From Octopus sinensis (lineage: Eukaryota), in NCBI RefSeq assembly GCF_006345805.1, contig NC_043013.1, forward strand, positions 13,454,001 through 13,518,000: a DNA stretch of 64,000 nt, in the 5' to 3' direction. The notes under the pieces were generated by a model. It ran no database searches and had not been told where the DNA came from. It saw nothing but the letters and a program-made list of their open reading frames with translations. Below are positions 11,907 to 24,491 of the stretch, in pieces. Position 1 is the first letter of the stretch. Every line of letters starts with the position of its first letter. Made by a program: the position numbers and the translations under genes.

Positions 11907-14017
11907 AGGAGGAGGAGGATGTTTCTCTTACATGCCCCTACATCAAAATTAAATCTTCACAGCAACACATTTTCATTGCAAAAGATATCTTTCTCCAATA
12001 AAATGTCTTTTGCTTCAATGTTTGCCATCTTTTTCATTTCCAATTGGCTAAATACGCTGACTTTCTTTTAAATTTTCCATATATTTTCTTTCTATGATTT
12101 ACATTTGCTGCGGAACACAAAGACCAGGATTTCTCATATTTTGGATTTCATGTTTTAATTACTGCTTTCGCCCTAACATCTTGGGAAAGAGGGGAAACTG
12201 GCATTTATAGAATTTTTAAGTAACAATAAAGCTAGACATTTTGATTTTCATCTCAAACTTCCAAAATGCATGTTCGATTTAACCTTTTGAGACTTCTTCA
12301 TATTTAATATTATATAAGAAAACACTTCTAACAATATACGTTGTCGTGGTTATAACTCATCATCTATGATGAACTCATTTCAGTTTCTTCACATAAAATT
12401 AGATCAAGTCCCCAGCCAGAAAAGTAAAATTTCAAAATCTCTCTCTCTCTCTCTCTCTCTCGCTCTCTCCATAAATATAATTAGGATCATTATTAGCAGA
12501 TGCTGTGGATTTCCCACTGAGTTCACAAACCAGTTTTAACTTTTGCTTAATTCACTTTAATTTGTTCTTTATATAAAAGAGAAACAAATCGGCATCACAA
12601 AACCTAACCTCTTTCACTCATAAACATGTGTGTGATTGTTAAAATTATTTATGCCTTTGATGTATTAAGAGTAATGATTGAACAGAAATGATATACTGTT
12701 ATATCAAACACCAATTAGATTTAACTTTTGTTAGTCTTCTGTTGATCTCTATTTTTATGCTTTTCATAAATAATACCGGTGATCTAAGGGAGTAGGATTT
12801 GGAAATGTAACAATTTAATATATTCCCAAATTATTATGAGAAAACCCCTGAGATTTTATTTCTCTGCTTCTATCTCTTCACTTCTTTTCTTAAGTGCTAA
12901 GCGTTTAAGAAAAAAAAGAAAGAAAACGGAAATAAGAAAATCGACTGTATATAATTCCTAAATGTTTTAAAATGAACATAGTCCAACTGGCCTCATGATA
13001 CTAAGTTATGATGTATTGGGATGCTCAAAGAAAAGCGAAATAACGTTATTTCCAGCTACTAGGACACTTAAAAATGAGGTGGAAAATTGAATTATATAGA
13101 AATATTATTTTATGTTCTCTCCCTCGTAAGAAAAAATCTTGTAATAATAAAAAATATAAGCCCTGCGTGGTTCTTTCTCTTTAAAGGAAAACCTCACCCT
13201 CCCTTCTATTTCTAGGTAACTCACTTACTTTCTCTCTCTCTCTCTCTCTTACTCAAAATCATCTGTAGGTAGCAGCAACAACAGTTACCTGTCACATTTC
13301 CCACGTGTGATTCGAACGATGAATGCTACACACAAGACAAAAGGAAAGGTACCATGGCGAGATGAAACATATTGGAAATTAATTCTAAGTCATCCTCACG
13401 TGATAAGCAGCGTGGAAATACGACAAGAGATCCCACGTTTGCACCCGAGAGAAACACAGAGGGGTGTGCATGTAGTTTGTAAAGGAAATGGTAATCAAGT
13501 CTGTATGAAGAACAATCTAACAAGGCGAATAAGCACTGGAGGGGGAAAATTAACAAGAGAAATAAAACAATATCTTTGAAAAACTACTGGAATGAAATCC
13601 TAAACATGTAAGAGACTTTCCCTCATTCTATCACTGTCTCTCGCCTTCTGCATCTCTAATCCACTGTTAAAAGTAAAGAAAATAGAAAACCTTACTCTCT
13701 CCCTATTTCTTAGTAAACTTTCTTTCTCATCTTCTCTTATTCCGAAAGCAACTGTAGGTGGCAGCACCAACAGTCGCCAGTCAAATTTCACATAAGAAAA
13801 AATGACTTATATGGAAATCAACAATTAAGAGATTCTTTTAGTTACCTCTCCCGCCCATTGCTTTTGGATATCCACATCTCTAAGCGATGTTTTTGTATGC
13901 TAATTACTGGAAAAATCTCAACTGATAAAAATGCTTCAATTTACATTACCATAACTGAAATCCTAATATATGTGTACTTATACATTGTAAAATTTAGGGG
14001 CATATTTCTTGAATTAC

Positions 14018-14058
14018 CTTAGTTTTATGTTTTCCTCTATCCATTTCTTATCAGATTT
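14018..14058 (-). CDS. TRPM: TRPM-like exon, copy A1 (KSDKKWIEENIKLR)
   Basis: Minus strand ttttattttcAG|41 nt|GTaatt, phase 0 to 2. Encodes the W-I-x-E-N-I-K motif of the TRPM extreme N-terminus; homologous to 41682-41719. Family call only, no specific paralog. Confidence 0.8.
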
Positions 14059-14569
14059 CTGAAAATAAAAGAAAATAATATGAATGTTTGCAGGAATGAT
14101 GAGATTTCAGCATCTGACATTAATAACACAGAGTTTCAAATTCTATAACAAATTATACAGAGACGACATAACTGAACAGAAATACTATAATAAATAAGTA
14201 TAACTACAATTATCTGGAAGAGATAATCCAATCCATATTAACACAAGTACACATGAATTTGTTTTTTACTGATTTATAGTTTTTAGCATGGTACACTGGT
14301 TTTGACATGGGATTGGAATGAATCAAATCTTCCGGATAGAAACAGAGCCACATGATGATAAGAGAATTTTATTTCACCAATTTAAACATCTGTCAGGCTG
14401 AGAAAGTTATACAATACACCTAATGCATATTTAAAAAATAGAGACTAAAATGAAAGGAAGGAAAGAACAGATGCTAAAGATAAATGATCTTGTTGTTTAA
14501 TATATTTAATATTTTTGTAGCCTCCATCAATTGAAAGATCTATTCATTGGTGAAACCTTCAAGATAAAT

Positions 14570-16353
14570 TCCGCCGCCAACGTTGGTATCCTATTAAAAA
14601 CAAATTTCCAAAAGCACGCAGTAGTATGTTTTTATCGCACTCACAGTTGCTTATCGCACTCACAGTTGCACTGCCCTTCAGGATTGTTAGAGAAGTCGTA
14701 GGATGTGGTTGTGCTGTGCAAGTTTAAATACTGAAGTAAAAGGTAAATGATTTTCCTAGTCAAACACTTTTTAAACTTATAATAAATATTCATTGAGCAA
14801 GCTGTTGATATGCATATGAGGCATTTTATTATTTTTTATTTTTCTACTGAATGATATAAACACTTCTGCTAATGATAAACTTATGAACGAATTTTCTGTT
14901 TAGCTGCTTATTGTTTGTCGTCTTCTTTAAAATGCCTCGCACTTGTGTGAATAAGGCAGACAACTTCTGCAACATTTGTGGTGAGGTGACCTTTGCATCG
15001 CAGAGGTGCCGTATTACTGCTCTGGTTAGAAAGGTATATCACCTATGTTTTGGATGCAAGATTGGCGACCAGGATAAGAAGTGGGCTCCTCGCATGTGTT
15101 GCAACACTTGTGCTACTAGCCTTCACCAATGGTTGAACAGGAAAAGGAAAGGAATATCTTTTATTGTACGAATTACGTGGCGGGAGCCAACAGACAATAC
15201 AGGCAATTGTTATTTCTGCATGGTACTTCCAGTGAAAAAGGGCTTTTCAAAAAAGAGTCCCATGAATATCGAAATATTCCATTAGGTATGCGCCAGGTTC
15301 CACGTGGAAAATGTCTATCTGTTCCTGATGCACCAACTTCCATATTCTTCGAGTCAGATGAAGAAGGGGGTGAAGAGGAAGCAGAAGGGGATAACAGTGC
15401 TGGATTGCAGAATGACCAAAATTTTGATGAAACACACTCCTCTAGATCACAACGGGATTCCATGGCCTTGACAAGGATCTATGACTACCTGAGAATAGGG
15501 CAGAGCTGCTAGGCTCTCGTCTTCAACAGTGAAATCTCCGAATAGCTGATGTAAACTTTCAAAATTTCATGACCGTCAGCAACAGTTCAGCAATTTTTTC
15601 ATAATGGAAGGTGATTTATTGGCCTGCAAAAATATTAATGGTCTGATGGAAGCACTTGATATTAAATACGAACCCAGTCACTGGAGGCTGTTCATAGATT
15701 CATGAAAAATTTGCCTGAAAGCTCTCTTGTTGCATAATAGCAATAGTGAACCTTCAGTTCATGTGGTCTATGAATCATATATGAAAAAAAAAAACATAAG
15801 AGAATATAAAGCTTATGCTGCAATGCATAAAATATAGTGAACATCAATGGCAGCTCTGTGATGACTTAAAGGTTGTTGCTTTTGTGATGGGCTCTCAGGA
15901 CGGATACACCAAGTTCTGTTACTTTCTGTGTGAATGGGATAGCTGCGCAAGAGGTTCGCACTGTATCAGGAGAGACTGGTCACCTCGTCAAACGTTGAAA
16001 CTTGGGATGAAAAATGTTCAACTTCCACCTCTCACTGAGCCAAGCAAAATTTTTCTCCCATCACTACACATAAAAGTGTGGCTCATGAAAAAATTTGTAA
16101 AAGCTATGGACAAATCTGGTCAATGATTCAAGTATTTAACATCAGAATTCTCACCCCCACTGAGCAATGCTATGATAAAAGAGGGAGTCTTCATTGGTCC
16201 TCAGAGCTGAGAGCTTCTTAAAGAATTAATGGAAAACCTCGCCAAGGCTTACAAGAATATGGGATGTAACATGTCATGTTAAATCCACGTTTGGAGACAC
16301 ATTTAGACGTTTTTCTAGCGGGCTGTGGGGCAGTTAGTGACGAACATCGTTGA
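14570..16353 (+). mobile_element. Degenerate DNA transposase, superfamily uncertain (possibly Sola-type)
   Basis: Cys-rich N-terminus FCNICGE...GCKIGDQDKKWAP..CCNTC...WREP....CYFC; core DDLKVVAFVMG.Q.GYTKFC.FLCEWDS...LHIK..LMKKFVKAMD and GAVSDEH. Many stops; truncated by the N gap. Confidence 0.72.
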
Positions 16354-16453
16354 NNNNNNNNNNNNNNNNNNNNNNNNNNNNNNNNNNNNNNNNNNNNNNN
16401 NNNNNNNNNNNNNNNNNNNNNNNNNNNNNNNNNNNNNNNNNNNNNNNNNNNNN
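16354..16453. other. Assembly gap (exactly 100 N)
   Basis: Run of 100 N; a transposase remnant runs into its left edge and unrelated sequence follows. Confidence 0.99.
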
Positions 16454-16700
16454 TAACGGGGGGTAGCATTCTCAAAGTTATAATGAAGGGGAGTAAGAGA
16501 GGGAAAGGAGGAAATAGTGTGAGTGAGGAAGATGGCCCCTAGCAACCACACCTTTTAAGCTAGGGATTTCTAAGGTAGCCCACGAGCATCGTTACCTCAT
16601 TCTACATGTCCCTGTAAATTTTGGAGCGAATTGGACGGGATGTAGTGGCATTGAAAGCGATCCAAGCGGTAAAAACGCATTTCAGTTTTATATATAGAGA
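16454..16700 (+). mobile_element. Possible non-autonomous Helitron/Helentron-type 3' end
   Basis: AAATTTTGGAGCGAATTGG...CATTTCAGTTTTATATATAGAGAT terminus resembles invertebrate DINE-like ends (from memory). Confidence 0.3.
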
Positions 16701-16828
16701 TATATAAATAGGTGAATGAATTATCCTATGTTTATCGTCAGCATGGAAAATTCGTTGAACCGATACCTGGGTAGCATATGTCGAGAGTAAAGGAATTTTT
16801 TAACATCTTCGTTCGACTCCATTCTTTC

Positions 16829-16868
<40 letters not shown>

Positions 16869-16952
16869 TATTAGAAAGACACACATGTTAATATATATAT
16901 ATATATATACATATATTAGATGGACACACATGTTATTATAATATATATATTA

Positions 16953-16989
<37 letters not shown>

Positions 16990-16991
<2 letters not shown>

Positions 16992-17370
16992 GGAGTGGCT
17001 GTGTGGTAAGTAGCTTGCTAACCAACCACATGGTTCCGGGTTCAGTCCCATGCGTGCATCGGGCAGTGTCTTCTGCTATAGGTCCCCCGGGCCTGAACAA
17101 TGCCTTGTGAGTGGATTTGGTAGACGGAAACTGAAAGAAGCCTGTCGTAGATATATATGTAAGTGTGTGTGTGTTTGTGTGTCTGTGTTGTCCCCCTAGC
17201 ATTGCTTGACAACCGATGCTGGTGTGTTTACGTACCCGTCACTTAGCGGTTCGGCACAAAAGACCGATAGAATAAGGACTGGGCTTACAAAAGAATAAGT
17301 TGCTCGATTAAAGGCGGTGCTCAAGCATGGCCGCAGTCAAATGACTGAAACAAGTAAAAGAGTAAAAGAG
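16990..17370 (+). mobile_element. tRNA-derived SINE family 1
   Basis: Same head and body as 3545-3969 in opposite orientation. Confidence 0.9.
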
Positions 17371-17394
17371 TATATATATATATATATATATACG

Positions 17395-17575
17395 TGCGGG
17401 TGGCACGTACAAAGCACCCACTACACTCACGGAGTGGTTGGCGTTAGGAAGGGCATCCAGCCGTAGAAACACTGCCAGATTTTGACTGGGCCTGATGAAG
17501 CCTTCTGGCTTCACAGACTCCAGTAGAACCGTCCAACCCATGCTAGCATGGAAAACGGACGCTAAACGATGATGA
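17395..17575 (+). mobile_element. RTE 3'-UTR-derived short element with (GAT)n tail
   Basis: GTGGCACGTA.AAAGCACC...GGAGTGGTTGGCGTTAGGAAGGGCATCC...GGACGCTAAACGATGATGAT. Confidence 0.8.
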
Positions 17576-17642
17576 TATATATATACATACACACACATAT
17601 ATATATATATATGCATATATATATATATATATATATAATATT

Positions 17643-17834
17643 AATTAGAGACAAAACCACTATTATGCAAATCAAACAAAGAAAGACTTAATCCAATACA
17701 TAAAAATTTTTATATAAATTAAATATAATTAATTATTCTTAATTATATTTAATATATTTAATTTATATAAATTTTTTATGTATTGGATTAAGTCTTTCTT
17801 TGTTGATTTGCATAATAGTGGTTTGTCTCTAATT
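17643..17834. repeat. Long near-perfect inverted repeat (about 190 bp palindrome)
   Basis: AATTAGAGACAAAACCACTATTATGCAAATCAAACAAAGAAAGACTTAATCCAATACATAAAAA mirrored by its reverse complement. Confidence 0.93.
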
Positions 17835-17924
17835 ATATTATATAATATTTTACTATAAAATTGGATTCAATCCTAAATCTGATTTTTCCCTGTAAATTTG
17901 GATTATTCCCTAATATTATTATTA

Positions 17925-17954
17925 TATATATATATATATATACATACACACACA

Positions 17955-18036
<82 letters not shown>

Positions 18037-18075
18037 CATACACACACAAACATATATATATATATATATATACAT

Positions 18076-18120
<45 letters not shown>

Positions 18121-18125
18121 TATAT

Positions 18126-18177
<52 letters not shown>

Positions 18178-18262
18178 CATACACATATATATATATATAC
18201 ATAACATATATATATATATATATATACACACATACACCACACTATATATATATACATATATA
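17925..18262. repeat. Compound (TA)n/(CA)n microsatellite
   Basis: Low-complexity run producing spurious YI/HT ORFs. Confidence 0.96.
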
Positions 18263-19029
18263 AAGATGGATGGAACTTGAGGAGGAGGAAGACCTATAAA
18301 TATGTGGGAAAAAGTATGTAAAATGACCTTCAGATTGTGAGTTTCACAGAGGATATGACAAAGAACTGGGATAATTGATCATTTGGGCTTCAGGAGATCT
18401 GTCTATCTACGTAAAATCGATGTCCTAAAGGCATGTTGTCTATTTCTATACCCCTGCACACAATCCATGTCTCTGAATCTCTCCCCCCAAAACATATCTT
18501 CCTATCCCTATTTACTGCATTTTTCTCCCCTCCATCTCCTACTCACCTTTCATAAACTTACCTACCCACTCACCCTATCCAATCCTCTGTACCGATTACT
18601 ATATATACACCTCCCTGTAATTTGATGGAATGCCCCAATACATCTTCTTCGCCCTCTTCTCTCTCCCTCTGGTTCCACCTGGAGTAGCCATGTATCGCTT
18701 CTACTGCAACATATCTGTTTCTCTCCCCTTATTCATACTCTAACTTCTCATCAGCTGGCACAAAGTCACCTCCCTCACTACTACTCCCCCCACTCAGTTG
18801 CAGTTTCTTGTTTTGCAAGTTACTTGGTCACCTCTCTAGTGTTGGTGCCACATAAAAAGCACCCAGTAAACTCTGTAAAGTGGTTGGTGTTAAGAAGAAC
18901 ATCTGGCTGTAGAAACCATGCCAAAGCAAATGGTAGAGTCTGGTATGGTCTTCTGGCTTACCAGTTCTTCTCAAACCATCCAACCCGTACCACAATGGAA
19001 GAAGGACATTAAATAATGTTGGTATAGAC

Positions 19030-19064
<35 letters not shown>

Positions 19065-19074
19065 GATGATGATG

Positions 19075-19125
<51 letters not shown>

Positions 19126-19544
19126 TTCTCTTCATCATCATGGTATTGATTTATGTTTTCTAAAACCTGAACTTATGCTAAACTTTATATTCTAGTCAAG
19201 TCATACTTTATACATTTTAGACCTAAATGAGGTTATACTTAATGTGAGATGTATTTTAGAATCAGTTATATTTTATTATTAAGATATAATTAAAAAGATA
19301 TACATTTTACTTTAATCATTTATATATTTTTACCTCAATCAGGTATGTTTTGTACTTTAACCAGGTATGCATTACACCATGATCTGGTTATACCTTCTAC
19401 TTTAACCAGGTATATTTAAAAATTTAATCATGTATATGTTTTATACACTAACTAGATATGTTTTACCTTAATCAGGCATATTTCATAATTTAATTATATA
19501 TATATTTTTTCTTAATCAATTCATATTTTCTGCTGTAATTTTAG

Positions 19545-19654
19545 AGAGAGAAGTCAAGATTCCAGTTGTTGTAGTAATGGTTGGAGGTGGACCTGGAACT
19601 CTGAAGTCAGTGTATGATTCAATATCACGCAACATCCCAGTTGTAATAGTAAAG
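19545..19654 (+). CDS. TRPM: TRPM-like exon, group A2 (REVKIPVVVVMVGGGPGTLKSVYDSISRNIPVVIVK)
   Basis: tttAG|110 nt|GTcagt, phase 1 to 0. Canonical PVV...GGPGT...PVV MHR2 motif. Exact acceptor ambiguous because of the AGAGAG run. Confidence 0.92.
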
Positions 19655-20789
19655 GTCAGTAAATAGACTATTATGTAAATAAGGTTACTGAGAGTTTATT
19701 CAGTTCATAATGTTTGCATATCTGAAGAAGCTTGTGGTTAAGAAAAGTAAAAGGAAGGATTATATGAGTATTTTGTTGGTGCAGAATTTTCCATAAATAT
19801 TTTATTTAATGATTTTCCAGTTTTTGGTTTCCTGGTCAACTGCTTAAATCTTATGACTGTCTCTATTGGATGAATGACTTTATATGTACTTAATTCAGAG
19901 TATTTTATAACAAATATTCTTTTAAAATTCTGTCTTTCAACCAAAAATAGTAATTTATTTGCCATTGCCAGTGGTCAACCTCTTCTGTTTTCCTTCTTGT
20001 TGCTACTTTATATGAACCCCCTCGTACATTAATGGTCCTTGAAATTACACCGCTCGCTAATTTCCATGTGTAATGAAATGACCAGCAAAGTGTTGCTTCT
20101 TCTTCACCTTAATTATACATCATTCATCTCTTTGCATTTCTACCTTACAAAACACTAACCCACCTGTAATTGGATTTCATTTCTCATAATTTTGTTGTTC
20201 ATTAGATGTGCTCCTTTGCCTTTGACCCATCACTTTAATTTTTTGCACCACCTAATTCATCTTCTGTGTACTACCTGTAACTCTTCCTGGCCTCGAATTA
20301 ACATAATTGTAGGCCTACCAATATTTACGATCTTTCTTCTCTGATTTCTCTGTTCTTCCTTTGTCTCCTTATGGCTCAGAAAAGTGCAGTCTTTCTGGCC
20401 TTCCTTATACACGATGTGCCAAACTATTCCTGCCTCCACCGCAACATATTACAGAAATCTCTCCTTTGTAACAGAAACACCTCATGCCTCTGCCTCTACC
20501 AGTTGTCTCATCCACATTTATGCATGTACTGAAATGAGACCTTGTTACTTTTTAGTCAATTAAGAAACTACCTTTTTCTTTTCTTTCTACTTGTAATGAA
20601 TTAACCAATTAGCTGTTTTCTTAATTTTCATTATTTACCCATTTATGTTTGTATTAATGGTGCTTATAATGACAATGCTTGTACTACACTTACTTCAGTA
20701 GAGACAGTCTTGAACATGAATGAATGATAATATTAATGCGAGTGGAACTGATACGTGTTGCTGGTAAATGCTCAATGAAACCTTCTTTT

Positions 20790-23168
20790 CAAATGTTGAA
20801 TGTCATCTCTCCTTTCCAAGTTCCATGTCATGTCCCTTTCCACACCTTATGTAGGTCTGGCGAGATTGTGGAGGGGTGGGTGCTTCAGACAAATTCCTCA
20901 TGGGTAAGAAACAGATTTAAAATCATCTGGAAAAGTAACAGGGATGAGGTAGGTAGCATGGGATTACTTCTAACAGACAAATGGGATGGTAAGGTGATTG
21001 AGGCAGTCACAATTTGCAATAGAGAATTTAAGCTTAGACTAGTTTTGCAGAGAAGTAGAGCAATATCTCTAACTATGTTCCCCAGGCAGGTCTACCAATG
21101 AACAAAAGGACCGTTTTATGATATTCTTCTGCTAGCTACCTCAAAGACAAATGACAATAACCTCATCTTTGTTGGCTGATGCTTTCAATGGACATGTTGG
21201 GCAACACCCAGGTATCTTCCATGGTATACATGAGGGCCATGGAATTGGTTCTCAAAACAAGGAGGGAACAAGGCTACTGGAGTTCTACAATGTGAAAAAC
21301 TAATGATCTGCAACACCGACTTCAGAAAGCCAGCCAAACACCCGATAACTCATCAACTAGTTGCTCATGCTAGCCAGATTTATTACATTCTCAATTGTAA
21401 GCAAGATATATGGTTGCTCATAAATGCAATGACCTTACCTGGTGAAGAATGTGACCACCTCAGCATAGATTAGTCTTTAGTGATTTTATACTTCAGGCTA
21501 GAGAGATTCAGGAAGCAGACCAATCTAGAAAAGAAGGATTTGGAAGCTTTTAGAGACACCCAAATTGAGAAATTTAAGGAGATGGAGGAGAAATTACAAA
21601 GTTGTAACAATGTGGGTGAGTTGGAGTTACTGCAGGACAGCTTACTGAGTACCACAACTCAAATCTGTGGCTGGTGTAAAGTTCCAATCAGACCTAGGAT
21701 GATGTGGTGCTGGAATGATGTTGTAGATAAGGACATGAATGAGAGTGAAGAAACAAGCCTGGAATGACTGAAAGAATTATACAGTACCAGAGAATCATAT
21801 CAGGTAGCATGGAAAAAGGCTAAAACAAAGGTATATTTAGACTGGGGACAAGCAGAGAGGGGAAAGTATGCAAATGTTCTGTATCATGAAGATCAGAGGC
21901 TTGAGATATTTTGGAACACAAGGCTGTATCAGAGATCATTATGATGTGGTAGGAGAGAAGTGTATTCACATGGATGATGGTTCACATGTAGTTAGTGATT
22001 CTGCAAGGAAGGAAACTTGGAAACACTTTTATGAAAGTTTGCTAAATGTAGAGAATGCATGGAAGAAGAAAAGCTCACCTAATGTTGATCTAACAGAGGG
22101 GACGGCTATCTGAATTGACAGTAATTTGGTAGATAAAGCAATTAAAGTTACAAAGACAGGGAAATCCTCTGGCTCATTAGGAATGACTGCTAAGATGCTT
22201 CACATATCTGGTGGAGAGTAGGATATGTCCTTGTCTCTTATATAGATAAACCAAGCAAGAGGGAGCCAAATGCAATAGTTGGTGTAGCAGTTTATAGTCA
22301 ACAGGTACAAAGGCAAAGGTGATGATTTAGATAAAAATAATTACAGATGCACCAAATTGTTGGGCCAGGTGATGAAAGTTGCAGAAAGAGTAGTAGGTCA
22401 ATTAATAAGTAAGAGAGTTAGTGTAGATGAGATGCAGTTTGGATTTGCACTAGGTAGAAGCACCACCAATGCTTTCCTCCTGGTGTGCAATTGCAGAAGA
22501 ACTTTGCCAAAAATATCTGGTTTTTACTGACATAAAGAAGATCTTTGACAAGGTCCCCACACCTGGTGGGCAAGGCAGAAGACAGGGATAGATAAGAGGT
22601 TGGATGGGTAATGTTAATATGCATATGCAATAGAGTGTAAGTGATTTGAGAGAAAAGCTGGGTGTATGATGCATGGAACGTAGTATGCAAGAGATAAGTC
22701 TGTGCTGGTACAGTCATTTAATGTGTATGAGTGAAGAGTTGCATGGCGAGGTGCTGATCTCTAATTGTGGAGGGAACGTATGGAAGGGCTAGGCCCATGA
22801 AGATGTGCGACAAAGTCATGAGAAAGGAGCTATGGATGTTGATAGTCACAGAGGGGATGACAGAGGATTGGTACTCCAGGTACTTTGGTGTGCTTGAGAA
22901 AATATGACAAGCTAAGTAAAACTGAGGTCGTACTTGTTCCCTGCATTACTCTTCAGCTGAGTATTCACAATCCTGCAGGTTCATGGGTACTAATTCCAGG
23001 TAAATGTACCTGTTTTGGTGCTGCATAAAAGCACCCAGTTCACTCTGTAAAGTGGTTGGCATTAGGAATGGCATCCAGTCATGGAGCCTGGGCAGCTTTT
23101 AAGCTGGCCAGTTCCTGTCAAACCATCCAACTTCTGCACACATGGAAAATGGATGTTAAATGATGATA
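20790..23168 (+). mobile_element. Degenerate RTE LINE (APE endonuclease + partial RT, internal deletion near 22600)
   Basis: RSGEIVE..GLLLTDKWDGKVIEAV..KLRLVL; CGWCKV; HYESLLNVENAW; RTE 3' UTR at end. Confidence 0.82.
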
Positions 23169-23559
23169 GAAAATGTTCTCATAAACACTGTGGTTCCAAT
23201 ATGTTGAAGGACATGAGGTAATCAGGGAACTCTCTTTTTATAATAAGACAGAGAACTTGTCCTTCCTCCTAAAAACTACCAAAAATACCTTCACTACATT
23301 CACAACATATCCTAAAAGAAGGCGAGAGTTAAATTGGAAAAAGTTATAAATAGTGACTGGCCCCATATTTGACCAAAACAAAGATCCATCCTGCATCATA
23401 CCAGTCCTGTCTAGACCCCTAATCTCTGAACAATCAATTTCAACAATCTACAAAGATCACTAAATAGTACACTTCATATTCTTCGAATTTTGTATCAACC
23501 ATTTCCACAGTCCATGTGAATAAGCAAGTTAGTTATTAGATGAGACTGCTAGAAATAGC

Positions 23560-23745
23560 AGCTAAATCTCTCTGAACAGCACCTGACTTTCTTGAAAATG
23601 CACGGACACACTTTCTTAAAAATGTACGCACACATGATACATTGTAGATGTCAATATGCTAAAGCAAAATGAACATCGCTTTAATTCTCTCTAATCACAA
23701 GTCAGCTTGATCATGGCTGATGTTGATCTAAACAACAACAACAAC
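23560..23745 (-). mobile_element. Dispersed repeat with (TTG)n end; related copies at 28080-28270 and 60795-60880
   Basis: Shared TTGTTGTTTAG..AGGTCA.CC.TGAT...CAG.CCTATG and GATTT.GCTGCTATTTCTAGC segments. Confidence 0.55.
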
Positions 23746-24353
23746 ATATACAATAAAGCTAAAATGTTTAAAATGAAATATCCACTTCAATGCGTGTAGG
23801 CAGAGTTTGTTACAGCAAGATGAAACACCACACAATCCTTGCTGTTACATGTTCAGTGAAACTAAAACTACCAAACACGTCATTAGCCTCTTTAGTCTCA
23901 AACTCTGTGCTGAGAAACAAATCGATAGAGACAAGTACAGAAGCACAGTGATTGTCATACTGCAAGAAGGGGTTCATTCGATATCTGTTGGTGCCCAGAA
24001 ATGAAATAATGGAAGAAATGCAATCTATCCAAACTGATACACTGCAACCCATATTACAATGCTCTGCACATTAGATTGCACATTACAGTCCTCAGATGGG
24101 AAGAATATGGTATATCTACAGATCACATCCAGTCATTTCACTAACTACATACATACTATAACTATACAACAACAATAGCAACAAGTAAAACAACCACAAA
24201 CTCATGATACTTTATAGATTGCAATGAAGGTAAGAGCAACACAGGAGGAGTTTACAACAGCTTATTTGGATTGACGTTTGATGTTAACTGGGGAATCTTC
24301 TCTCATTGATTGAAATTAATAAAGAGAGAAAATCATGGATAGATAAATAGTTT

Positions 24354-24384
<31 letters not shown>

Positions 24385-24459
24385 ATTTGTATATACGTAT
24401 ATTTATACATATATATGGGTGTGTGTATATTTATATGCCTATGTATCAATGCATGTGTT

Positions 24460-24489
<30 letters not shown>

Positions 24490-24491
<2 letters not shown>

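Larger units (their letters stand above)
3060..14520 (-). other. Duplicated genomic block (copy A1), inverted homolog of about 41120-52310
   Basis: Intron homology seen by eye in reverse complement: 3253-3540 vs 51830-52113; 8960-9420 vs 44900-45435; 12050-12540 vs 42200-42960; 14060-14520 vs 41120-41680. Confidence 0.88.

Noticed and set aside
17861-18280. YI/HT/VC-repeat ORFs (also near 4174-4496, 8550-8808, 24333-24901)
   Set aside because: Dinucleotide and tetranucleotide microsatellite artefacts.
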